Below are positions 55,494-64,000 of a stretch of 64,000 nucleotides of DNA, piece by piece. Both the position numbers and the translations under genes were made by a program. The notes under the pieces are model-generated. The model worked only from the letters and a program-made list of their open reading frames with translations, was not told the origin of the DNA and searched no databases. Origin of the DNA: Vicinamibacterales bacterium (GTDB lineage Bacteria; Acidobacteriota; Vicinamibacteria; Vicinamibacterales; UBA8438); assembly GCA_958296065.1 (NCBI GenBank), contig CATQHX010000078.1:73045-137044 (forward strand), written 5' to 3'. Positions within the stretch are counted from its first letter, which is position 1. The number at the start of each line of letters is the position of its first letter.

Positions 55494-56591
55494 ATGCCGC
55501 CTCTATCGTTGCGCAGTACGCAGGCGCCGGCCAACAAGCCGCGGCAGGTGATTGTGAGCTCCATCAGAAGACACGACAGACATCGGAACGTCCCGCAACG
55601 GGGAATCTTCGCTTCATGCGCGATGCAGCGCGTGCTGGCGATCGCGACGCGCGCCGCCCCCAGCGACCTCCCGGTGCTGATTACGGGCGAATCGGGAACC
55701 GGCAAGGAAGTGCTCGCGCGCATCATCCACGACCGTTCCGGCCGCCCTCGCAATCAGTTCGTCCCATACAACTGCACCGGAACCACCCGCGAGATCGTCG
55801 ACTCGCAGCTCTTCGGTCACCGGCGCGGCTCGTTCACCGGCGCGAGCGAGCAGGCGCCCGGGGTGATTCGAAGCGCCAGCGGCGGCACCCTGCTCCTGGA
55901 CGAGATTGGCGAGCTCGACGCGCACATCCAGCCCAAGCTGCTGCGCTTCCTCGAGAACTACGAGATTCAGCCCATCGGCCAGCCCCGACCCTTGAACGTC
56001 GACGTGCGCATCGTGGCCGCCACGAACGCGGATATCGACCGGATGGTTCGCGAGAACCGATTTCGCAAGGACCTCTTCTACCGCCTCAACATCATCCGCA
56101 TTCACGTTCCCCCCCTGCGCGATCATCGCGAGGACATCCTGCCGCTCGTCGACTACTTCCTGCGCCGTTTCTCCGCCGAGCAACACAAGCGGGGCATCAG
56201 CCTGTCGCGCGAGGTCATCAGGCACTTCATCGCGCACGACTGGCCGGGAAACGTGCGGCAACTGGCCAACGAAATCAGACGCCTGATGACCCTCGCAAAG
56301 AACGGTACGGTCATCACGACGGCACACCTCGCGCAGTGGGCCGAGTCGTTCGGGTCAGCCCCCATCGAGGCCGACACCGAGGCGTCGGCCTACCCGGGAA
56401 CGGTCACGATCGCCGCGGACCAACCCTTGCCGGCCGCCGTTGCGGAGCTCGAACGCGCGCTCATCATCAGAGCGCTCTCGATCGCCAGAGGTCACCTGAG
56501 TGCCGCGGCCGTCCGGCTCGGCGTGTCGCGCAAGGGCTTGCTGCTCAAGCGGCGCCGGCTCAATATAGACGAGCTGCTGGCCCAGGATTGA
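55494..56591 (+). CDS. Sigma54-dependent activator (AAA+ and Fis HTH) with no sensory domain; start uncertain
   Basis: GESGTGKE, GSFTGA, LLDEIGE, WPGNVRQL motifs; C-terminal HTH. Confidence 0.85.
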   Translation: MPPLSLRSTQAPANKPRQVIVSSIRRHDRHRNVPQRGIFASCAMQRVLAIATRAAPSDLPVLITGESGTGKEVLARIIHDRSGRPRNQFVPYNCTGTTREIVDSQLFGHRRGSFTGASEQAPGVIRSASGGTLLLDEIGELDAHIQPKLLRFLENYEIQPIGQPRPLNVDVRIVAATNADIDRMVRENRFRKDLFYRLNIIRIHVPPLRDHREDILPLVDYFLRRFSAEQHKRGISLSREVIRHFIAHDWPGNVRQLANEIRRLMTLAKNGTVITTAHLAQWAESFGSAPIEADTEASAYPGTVTIAADQPLPAAVAELERALIIRALSIARGHLSAAAVRLGVSRKGLLLKRRRLNIDELLAQD

Positions 56592-56607
56592 GTAACGTCA
56601 GAAGTCC

Positions 56608-58113
56608 ATGGCCGAAGACACCTCCGCAACCCGTGTCGAACCGCCGCTCGGTCAGGCGCTCGTCCCCGTCGTGCTGCTCATCGCGTTGCTCGGCGGCGCG
56701 GTGTACCTCTTCGGCGACGAGTCGTCGTTCGGCCCCAACCAGATCGCGCTGGTGCTCGGGACGGCCGTCGCGGGGCTCGTCGGCCTGGCCAACGGGCAGT
56801 CGTGGGCGGAGATCGAGGGGGCCATCAAGCGCGGCATCGCCACGTCGATGGGCGCCGTCCTGATCCTTCTCGTCGTCGGCTCGGTCATCGGCACCTGGAT
56901 CCTGGCCGGCATCGTGCCGACGATGATCTACTACGGCCTGTCGCTGCTGGCGCCTTCGATCTTCTACGCTGCCGCGTGCGTCATCTGCGCCGTCGTCGCG
57001 CTGGCCACGGGCAGCTCCTGGACCACCGCCGGCACCGTCGGCCTGGCCCTGATCGGCACCGCCGCGGCCTACGACCTGCACCCGGGAATCGCGGCCGGCG
57101 CCATCATCTCGGGCGCCTACTTCGGCGACAAGATGTCGCCCCTTTCCGACACCACCAACCTGGCCCCGGCGGTGGCCGGCTCGGAGCTGTTCACCCATAT
57201 CCGCCACATGGTCTGGACCACGGCCCCCAGCTTCGGCCTCGCGCTGATCCTGTTCGCCGCCATCGGCCTCGCCACGCCGGCGCCGGAGGGTGCGGGCGAT
57301 CTGGACGCGGTGCTGGCCGCCCTGGACCGCAGCTTCGCCATCGGCCCGCACCTGCTGATTCCGCTGGCGCTCGTGCTGACCCTGGTGGTGCGCCGGATGC
57401 CGGCGTTCCCGGCGCTGCTGATCGGGGCGCTGGTCGGGGGCCTTTTCGCCGTCGTGTTCCAGCAGGAGGCGCTGCTGCGCTACGTCGGCGAGCCGGAGCT
57501 GGCGCGCCCGGTGGCGCTGGTCAAAGGCGTGTGGCAGGCGCTGCACGGCGGCTACGTGCTGGAGTCCGGCAACCCCGCCCTCGACGAGCTGCTCTCGCGC
57601 GGCGGCATGGCGAGCATGCTGCAGACCGTCTGGCTGATCATGACCGCGATGATGTACGGCGCCGTGCTGGAGGCCACCGGCATTCTGCAGGCGCTGGCCC
57701 GCCGGATCCTCTACGCCGTGCGCAGCGCGGGCGGCCTGATCGTGGCCACCCTCGCCACCGCGTTCGGCGTCAACGTCCTGGCCTCCGACCAGTACATCTC
57801 CATCGTGCTGCCGGGCCGGATGTTTCGCCGCGAGTACGAGCGGCGGCGGCTCGACCCGAAGAACCTGTCGCGGAGCCTCGAGGACTCGGGCACGATCACC
57901 TCGGTGCTCATCCCCTGGAACACCTGCGGCGCGTTCATGGCCCAGACGCTGGGCGTGTCGACGCTGACCTACGCGCCGTTCGCCTTCTTCAACCTGATCA
58001 ACCCGCTGGTCGCGGCCGTCTACGCGTTCGCGCGGATCGGGATCGCGCCGCTCGATGCGGCGGCGGCCCGGAACGTGGATGCCCCCCCGGAGCACCCGCC
58101 GACCGCGGTGTGA
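56608..58113 (+). CDS. nhaC: Na+/H+ antiporter NhaC family
   Basis: TGSSWTT, SGAYFGDKMSPLSDTTNLA, EDSGT, IPWN motifs. Confidence 0.92.
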   Translation: MAEDTSATRVEPPLGQALVPVVLLIALLGGAVYLFGDESSFGPNQIALVLGTAVAGLVGLANGQSWAEIEGAIKRGIATSMGAVLILLVVGSVIGTWILAGIVPTMIYYGLSLLAPSIFYAAACVICAVVALATGSSWTTAGTVGLALIGTAAAYDLHPGIAAGAIISGAYFGDKMSPLSDTTNLAPAVAGSELFTHIRHMVWTTAPSFGLALILFAAIGLATPAPEGAGDLDAVLAALDRSFAIGPHLLIPLALVLTLVVRRMPAFPALLIGALVGGLFAVVFQQEALLRYVGEPELARPVALVKGVWQALHGGYVLESGNPALDELLSRGGMASMLQTVWLIMTAMMYGAVLEATGILQALARRILYAVRSAGGLIVATLATAFGVNVLASDQYISIVLPGRMFRREYERRRLDPKNLSRSLEDSGTITSVLIPWNTCGAFMAQTLGVSTLTYAPFAFFNLINPLVAAVYAFARIGIAPLDAAAARNVDAPPEHPPTAV

Positions 58114-58165
58114 GGGAACCTCGCCGCGACGAGCGCGGTCTTCAAGTCGCCGGCAGCCGGAATGA

Positions 58166-58717
58166 CTACGGCTGGGCCGCGTCGGCCCGCAGCACCTGAT
58201 CGAGGGCGAGCACGCGGCGCACGGCATTGCTGACCGCGCGCCCGGTGAAGGACGAGCCGGCGATCCGCCGGATGCCGCGCCGGATGGCCAGCTCGTCGTG
58301 TAGCACCTGCCCGTCGAACTGCCGCAGCCAGTCCTGCGGCGCCATGTACTGCGCCGGCTCGAAGAAGACGGTGACGTCGACCCGCTTGACGCGTCCCTCG
58401 GTGTCGAGGGAGATGAGCAAGCTCTGCCGTTCGGTCTTCGGCGTGTGCGTGTCGATGTAGGCGCGCCCGACGACCGCGCCGGCCTCGTTGCGGGCGATGT
58501 AGCGGGGAAAGATCCTGCCCTGCATCCCGACGCGCGCGATCGCGGCCACCGCCGCCATCTGCTCGCGGGTCAGGATGACCCGGTCGCGCGTCACCGCCGC
58601 GCCCGGGTAGACCGCCGCGAGCGCCTCGCTGCGGGTGATGACGCCCTCCTGGGCGCCGGGAGCGGCCGCGCCGGCGAGCAGGACGAGCAGAACCGTCGCG
58701 AGGAGTCGTCTTGTCAT
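58166..58717 (-). CDS. Exported FMN-binding domain protein
   Basis: Signal peptide; FFEP..Y, WLRQF; IAGSSFT resembles the flavinylation motif. Confidence 0.7.
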   Translation of the reverse strand: MTRRLLATVLLVLLAGAAAPGAQEGVITRSEALAAVYPGAAVTRDRVILTREQMAAVAAIARVGMQGRIFPRYIARNEAGAVVGRAYIDTHTPKTERQSLLISLDTEGRVKRVDVTVFFEPAQYMAPQDWLRQFDGQVLHDELAIRRGIRRIAGSSFTGRAVSNAVRRVLALDQVLRADAAQP

Positions 58718-58800
58718 GTCGCATCGCACCAGGAACGGAGCACGTCATTCTACCGCCAGCGCGCCGCGCGGCCAGCAGCTCCCGCGCATTCTCCGGCCGC

Positions 58801-59445
58801 TCAGGTCTCGGGGTCGGTCTCCGCTTCGCGCAGATCCCGGAAATAGTACGCGAACGCCGTACCCGCGATGGCGCCGACCGTTAGCACCTTGAGCACGAAG
58901 CGCACGGTCACGGCGCCGTCCAGGAAGTTGTAGACGACCGCCGCCACGCTGCCGATCAGCACGCACGAGGCGACGAAGAGCGTCACGTAGGTGAGCTGCT
59001 GCCGGAGCCGCGAGGCGCGCGCCGTCGGGTCCGACTCTACGCTGCGGCCGATCACGCGTGCGACGTACAGGAACACCGGACAGGCGACCACCAGCACCGA
59101 GACCGCCCAGCGGACGGCGTCCCGCGTGAACTCCTCGGGCGGGTCCTCCGCATGCGGAAACGCCAGGTCGACGACGCCGAACGCCAGCGCCCCCAGGTTG
59201 AAGGCGCTCACGAACAGCGCCAGGAACATCACGGCGTACAGGAACGCCTCGCGCGGCTTCACCGAGACCGCGGGCCGCGGGACCGGGATCGGATACCCGG
59301 CGGCCTCCGCGAAACGGGCCAGCGCCCGCGCGACCTGATCGCGCGGCCAGCCCGCGCGGACCAGCGCCTCCTCGACGTCCGGACGCGAAACGCCGCGCGC
59401 GAGACTCTCCCTGACGAAACCGACCAGGTCCGGGTTGAGCGCCAT
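58801..59445 (-). CDS. DUF5671-like membrane protein
   Basis: ALVRAGW, PIPVPRP, REAFLY, four TMs, FAYYFRDLRE. Confidence 0.72.
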   Translation of the reverse strand: MALNPDLVGFVRESLARGVSRPDVEEALVRAGWPRDQVARALARFAEAAGYPIPVPRPAVSVKPREAFLYAVMFLALFVSAFNLGALAFGVVDLAFPHAEDPPEEFTRDAVRWAVSVLVVACPVFLYVARVIGRSVESDPTARASRLRQQLTYVTLFVASCVLIGSVAAVVYNFLDGAVTVRFVLKVLTVGAIAGTAFAYYFRDLREAETDPET

Positions 59446-59596
59446 CCGCATCTCCTCCTGTGAAATCCCGGCCGGCACGGCCTCGTACCGATTATGCCCG
59501 GACGCGCCCGTGAACGCAGCCGCCGGGAGACCGGCGCGGCGCCGGCCCCCGCGCATGCCTATAATCGGCGAACACGAGAAAGAGAGGCCCAGCGCC

Positions 59597-60499
59597 ATGC
59601 GTCGGACGTCGATCGTCGTTCTCCTGCTCATCACGCCGATCCCGGCCGCGGCGCAGGAGTCCGGCCCGCCGCGCACCCCCTGGGGTACGCCGGACCTGAG
59701 CGGCTACTGGGAATACCGCAGCGCGACGCCCCTGCAACGGCCCGCCGCGCTGGCCGGCAAGGCCGTGCTGACGCCCGCCGAGGAAGCCGAGTACCTCACC
59801 GAACGTCACGCCGCGATCGGGCGCGAGCGCGACCTGCAACTGAACGCCGACTGGTGGCAACCGGGCGGACTGACCGACGGCCGGACGTCGTTGATCGTCG
59901 ATCCGCCCGACGGCAGGCTGCCCGAACGCACCGCGGCCGGGGCGGAGCGGGCGCGCACGCTCGGCATCGCGATCCGGCTGCGGTCGGCCGACGGCCCGGA
60001 GGACCGCGAACGCTACGAGCGCTGCATCATGGGGCGGACGGTCCCGCTGCTCGCGGTCTCGCCGAACCGGCTCGCGCAGATCTTCCAGACGCCGGACCAC
60101 GTCGCCATCCTGCACGAGCAGAACTCCGACCTGCGCATCGTCCCGCTCGACGGCCGGCCCGCGCCGCCGGCGTCGATCCGCCAGTGGCAGGGCAGCTCCC
60201 GCGCCCGGTGGGAAGGCGACACGCTGGTCGTCGAGACCGGCGGCTTCAACGGCGCCTGGACGATCCAGGGCAGCGGACCCGACGCGCGCTACGTCGAGCG
60301 CATCCGGTTCTCCGACGCCGACACGCTGCACTACGAGTTCACGGCCCACGATCCCGACTCGTTCGCCGGCCCCTGGACGGTGATGTTCCCGATCACGCGC
60401 GCGGCCGGGCCGGTGTTCGAGAACGCCTGCCACGAAGGCAACTACAGCATGCCGCTCATCCTGCGCGGCGCGCGCGCCCAGGAGCGCGAGCGGCCGTGA
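59597..60499 (+). CDS. Secreted hypothetical protein
   Basis: Signal peptide; PRTPWGTPDLSGYW, WQGSSRARWEGDTLVVET, ENACHEGN; TATAAT upstream. Confidence 0.8.
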   Translation: MRRTSIVVLLLITPIPAAAQESGPPRTPWGTPDLSGYWEYRSATPLQRPAALAGKAVLTPAEEAEYLTERHAAIGRERDLQLNADWWQPGGLTDGRTSLIVDPPDGRLPERTAAGAERARTLGIAIRLRSADGPEDRERYERCIMGRTVPLLAVSPNRLAQIFQTPDHVAILHEQNSDLRIVPLDGRPAPPASIRQWQGSSRARWEGDTLVVETGGFNGAWTIQGSGPDARYVERIRFSDADTLHYEFTAHDPDSFAGPWTVMFPITRAAGPVFENACHEGNYSMPLILRGARAQERERP

Positions 60500-61749
60500 C
60501 GGGTTCCACCGGCCGCGCAACCGGCGGCCCCGTCGCCCAGACCGCGCGCATCGAATCCATCGACGTGCTGCGCGGCTTCGCCCTGCTCGGCATCCTGGTG
60601 ATGAACATCCAGTTGTTCGCGATGCCGGAGGCGGCCTACTACAACCCGACCGCCTACGGCGATCTCGAAGGCGCCAACCTGTACGTCTGGCTCGGCGGAC
60701 GGCTGCTGGCCGACCAGAAGTTCATGACGATTTTCTCGATGCTGTTCGGCGCCGGCATCGTGCTGATGACGACAAGGGCCGAGGCGCGCGGAGCGACGCG
60801 CCGCGTGCACTACCGCCGCATGGGATGGCTCGCCGTCATCGGTCTGCTCCACGCGCACCTGCTGTGGGCCGGCGACATCCTGTTCCTGTACGCCGTCTGC
60901 GGCATGCTGGTCTACCCGTTCCGCGGACTGCCTCCCGGCCGGCTGCTGGTCGTCGGCACGGCGACGGTCGCCGTGGCGTCGGCCGTCTTCGCGGGCCTGC
61001 AGGCATCGCTGCCCTCCTGGCCGGAGGAAGCGCTGGCCGAGGTCACGGTCGGCGCGTGGCAGCCGACGCGGGCGATCGTCGACGACGCCCTGGCCACCTA
61101 CCGCGGCGGCTGGCTGGAACAGCTTCCGACCCGGTCGGCGATGGCGTTCGGCTTCGAGACCTTCATGCTCGTCATCTGGGGGGGCTGGCGCGCCGGCGGC
61201 CTGATGCTGATCGGAATGGCGCTATTCAAGCTCGATGTCTTCAGCGCCCGGTGCTCGCCGCGTTTCTACGGCGCCTTGATCGCGGCGGCGCTCGCGGCCG
61301 GCATCCCGGTGGAGGCCTACGGCGTCGCGCTCGATTTCGAGTACGGGTGGGCGCTCGACTGGTCGCTGCTGCAGGGCCGGCAGTTCAACTACTGGCCGAG
61401 CATCGCGGTCGGTCTCGGCTACGTCGGCCTCGTCATGCTGGCGTGCCGGTCGACGGCGCTGCGCCGCGCCACCCGCCCGTTCGCCGCCGTCGGCCAGACG
61501 GCGCTCAGCAACTACCTGCTGCAGACGGTGATCTGCACGACCATCTTCTACGGCCACGGTCTCGGGCTCTACGGGTCCGTCGACCGCGTGGGGCAGCTTG
61601 CTATCGTCTTCGGCGTCTGGGCGGTGCAGTTGATCGCCTCGCCGCTCTGGCTGCGGCGTTACCGCTTCGGCCCCGCCGAGTGGGTGTGGCGATCGCTGAC
61701 GTACGGGGCACACCAGCCGTTGCGGCGCGCGACGGCGGCGGCGCCCTGA
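60496..61749 (+). CDS. DUF418/YeiB-family membrane protein
   Basis: IDVLRGFALLGILVMN, FSMLFG, GDIL, GQTALSNY, GPAEW motifs. Confidence 0.88.
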   Translation: MTGSTGRATGGPVAQTARIESIDVLRGFALLGILVMNIQLFAMPEAAYYNPTAYGDLEGANLYVWLGGRLLADQKFMTIFSMLFGAGIVLMTTRAEARGATRRVHYRRMGWLAVIGLLHAHLLWAGDILFLYAVCGMLVYPFRGLPPGRLLVVGTATVAVASAVFAGLQASLPSWPEEALAEVTVGAWQPTRAIVDDALATYRGGWLEQLPTRSAMAFGFETFMLVIWGGWRAGGLMLIGMALFKLDVFSARCSPRFYGALIAAALAAGIPVEAYGVALDFEYGWALDWSLLQGRQFNYWPSIAVGLGYVGLVMLACRSTALRRATRPFAAVGQTALSNYLLQTVICTTIFYGHGLGLYGSVDRVGQLAIVFGVWAVQLIASPLWLRRYRFGPAEWVWRSLTYGAHQPLRRATAAAP

Positions 61750-61823
61750 CGCGGACGCGCCTCGCCGCACACCGCAGCGGCGACCGGCGCTAAACGGCGC
61801 ACGGCCGCCGCCGCCCGCGGCGA

Positions 61824-62864
61824 TCAGGGCATCAGGCCTTCGACCAGGGTGTCGATCCGGTAGAGGCCGGTCCGCGCCGTGATGTAGAGCGTGCGGCCGT
61901 CGTTGCCGAACGCCGCGTTGGCCGGCTGCTCCGCCGGCCGCACCGTGCCGAGATGGTCCCCCTCGGGGCTGATGACGACTATGCCCCCGGGTCCGCTCGA
62001 CCAGAGGTTGCCCGCCGCGTCGACCGCGAAGCCGTCCGGGACGCCGGCGTCCTCGCTGTCGGTCAGGTCGAGCAGCACCGTGCCTTCGCCGACGCTCAGA
62101 TCGTCGTTGACCGGATAGGCCACCCACTGGCGCGCCTCGCCGTCCGAGTTGGCGACGTAGAGGGTGCTCTCGTCCGGCGAGAGCCCGATGCCGTTGGGCC
62201 GGGTCTGCCCGTCGGCCAGCAGGTGCACGGCGCCGTCGGGATCGAGGCGGTAGACGCCGTTCCAGTCGAGCTCCGCCGCCTCGGGGCTGGCGAGGCCGTA
62301 GGGCGGATCGGTGAAGAAGGCCGCGCCGCTGGAGTGGAAGACGATGTCGTTCGGGCTGTTGAGGCGGTTCCCCTCGTAGCGGTCGGCGAGCGTCACCCGC
62401 GAGCCGTCCTCCTCGATCCGCGCGAGGCGCCGGTTGCCGTGCTCGCACAGCACGACGCGGCCTTCGAGGTCCAGCGTCAGCCCGTTCGAGCCGCCCTGCC
62501 CGTTGGTTTCCAGCTCCGGCAGGAACACCGGGTTGAGGAACACGCTCGTCCCCTCCGCCTCGGACCAGCGGTACACCGTATCGCCGGGAATGTCGCTGAA
62601 CAGCAGGTGGCCGTCCTCGGCGCCGCCCACCCAGACCGGCCCCTCGATGAACTGGAAGCCGTCTGCGACCTGCTCGACCGCCGCGTCGGCGCCGAGGAGC
62701 TCGTCCAGGCGTGGATCGAGCCGCTCGACGGTGCCCGCAGCCTCTTCGGCGGGCGCCTCCGGCTCGGGGGCGGGCGGCTCCTCGGCCGGCGCGCAGGCAA
62801 AGAGCGCGGTGAGCATCCAGGCGGCAACAAGCGCGGTTCCTCTATGCATGATTCGAGTCCTCAT
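61824..62864 (-). CDS. SMP-30/gluconolactonase-family lipoprotein
   Basis: Lipobox LFAC; EGPVW, SNGL, NSPND, PNGI, PDG, PAN motifs. Confidence 0.88.
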   Translation of the reverse strand: MRTRIMHRGTALVAAWMLTALFACAPAEEPPAPEPEAPAEEAAGTVERLDPRLDELLGADAAVEQVADGFQFIEGPVWVGGAEDGHLLFSDIPGDTVYRWSEAEGTSVFLNPVFLPELETNGQGGSNGLTLDLEGRVVLCEHGNRRLARIEEDGSRVTLADRYEGNRLNSPNDIVFHSSGAAFFTDPPYGLASPEAAELDWNGVYRLDPDGAVHLLADGQTRPNGIGLSPDESTLYVANSDGEARQWVAYPVNDDLSVGEGTVLLDLTDSEDAGVPDGFAVDAAGNLWSSGPGGIVVISPEGDHLGTVRPAEQPANAAFGNDGRTLYITARTGLYRIDTLVEGLMP

Positions 62865-62932
62865 CCCTCCTCGTTCCCTTGCTGCCCGCATTGTAGGCAA
62901 TCCGAACGGGTCGCGGCACGGCTGCAGGCGCC

Positions 62933-63982
62933 CTACGGCGTCGCCGGCAGGGGGAATCGCGCCTCGAAGGCTGGCGTCGCGCGGAACGTGACATCCGCCG
63001 AACCAGGCTCGATGGCGATGAAGCAGGCGGCGACGCCGCGCGCCGCGGCCCACGCGATCCCCTGGTCCGGCCCCATCACGTACAGCGCGGTCGACAGAGC
63101 GTCCGCAACGAAGGCGCTCTCGTGCCAGACCGTGACCGACGCGGATCGGAGGACGGGCCGTCCGTCGCGCGGGTCGATGATGTGGCCGATCCGGCTGCCG
63201 TCCTCCAGAACCAGATCCCGTTCGGAGCCGCCGCTGGTGGCGATGGAGCCCGCCGCGAGCGACAGATCGAGAACGGCCGTGCCGCGCCGCGCGGGGTGCG
63301 CGACACCCACCGTCCACGGGCCGTCGGAAGCCTCTCCGGAAACCGCCATCTGCCCGCCGAAGTCGATGCGCCAGACGCCCTCCCGGCCGCGCTCGGCCGC
63401 GCGCACGCGGTCGATGGCCGCGCCCTTGCCGAAACCGCCGGCGTCCAGGATCACGGCGGCGTCCCGCGTGACGGCGCACCGCTCCGGATGGAGCGAGAGG
63501 TTCTCGAATCCCGCGCCGGCGAGCGCCGCTTCCAGCTCGTCGTCGTCAGGATGCCGCCCTTCCTCGCGCAGACCCCAGGCGTCGATGAGAGTGCCAATCG
63601 CCGGATCGAACGCGCCCCCCGTCGCCTCCTGCCAATCCCCGACGCGCGCCAGCAATGCGCAGGTTCCCCCCGGCAGCCGCAACGCCTCTCCCACCGGCTG
63701 CCGGTTCAATGCACTCAGGACGGTGTCGTCCCGCCACGTGCTGAGCTCGGCCTCGGTCCGCTCGACGATGCGGACCATGCGCTCCAGCTTCGCCAGGCCC
63801 GTTTCGCGGTCGATCGCCTCGGTGACGAAGGTGGCGAGGGTACCCATCAGGAAGACGGTGCGCTCGACGCGGACCGGGTTCTCCACGCCCGCGGCACGTA
63901 CGGGGGCCGTCGCAAGACCGCAGACCGCCGCGCCGAGGCACAACAGCCGGCGCACTGCGACGCGTGAGGCGAGGCGCGTCAT
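62933..63982 (-). CDS. apbE: FAD:protein FMN transferase
   Basis: LMGT, FDPAIG, DAGGFGKG, ATSG, HIIDPR, ADALSTA motifs. Confidence 0.92.
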   Translation of the reverse strand: MTRLASRVAVRRLLCLGAAVCGLATAPVRAAGVENPVRVERTVFLMGTLATFVTEAIDRETGLAKLERMVRIVERTEAELSTWRDDTVLSALNRQPVGEALRLPGGTCALLARVGDWQEATGGAFDPAIGTLIDAWGLREEGRHPDDDELEAALAGAGFENLSLHPERCAVTRDAAVILDAGGFGKGAAIDRVRAAERGREGVWRIDFGGQMAVSGEASDGPWTVGVAHPARRGTAVLDLSLAAGSIATSGGSERDLVLEDGSRIGHIIDPRDGRPVLRSASVTVWHESAFVADALSTALYVMGPDQGIAWAAARGVAACFIAIEPGSADVTFRATPAFEARFPLPATP

Positions 63983-64000
63983 GGCGAAACGGGGGCGGGC

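Noticed and set aside
51471-56591. 1706-aa ORF on the + strand
   Set aside because: Mostly an antisense or off-frame shadow of the M16 peptidase, rlmN and mtaB in high-GC DNA; only the last ~365 aa (the sigma54 activator) are a real gene.

Overview
High-GC chromosomal segment of an Acidobacterium; the 16S signatures suggest Vicinamibacteria/subgroup 6. Most of it is core genome on the minus strand: tilS-ftsH-folP-cdaA-cdaR-glmM, tRNA-Met, queA, fabH, yebC-ruvCAB, a complete rrn operon (16S-tRNA-Ile-tRNA-Ala-23S-5S), tyrS, a purB-S-Q-L-F-M-N operon, rlmN and mtaB. Accessory content is of five kinds. (i) An intact ABC-ATPase + TOPRIM-like (DUF4276) defence-type pair sits between tRNA-Met and tilS. 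(ii) A decaying defence islet holds a broken ATPase-TOPRIM gene, an hsdM relic and an intact RelBE-type toxin-antitoxin pair. (iii) The best candidate for an undescribed system is an operon with a near-consensus promoter encoding a twin-arginine-signal ThDP enzyme of the oxalyl-CoA decarboxylase/2-hydroxyacyl-CoA lyase type, an unknown partner and a monoheme cytochrome c; it lies beside an exported RidA, an FGE-fold protein and glycolate oxidase glcDEF. (iv) There is a PQQ dehydrogenase. (v) There is an ApbE/FMN-binding flavinylation pair. Sequence-level oddities include several apparently leaderless genes, a 16S helix-14 variant that mismatches EUB338/341F, a probable ATC start codon and a strong strand skew just downstream of rrn. 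All family calls come from motif recognition by eye, without database searches.
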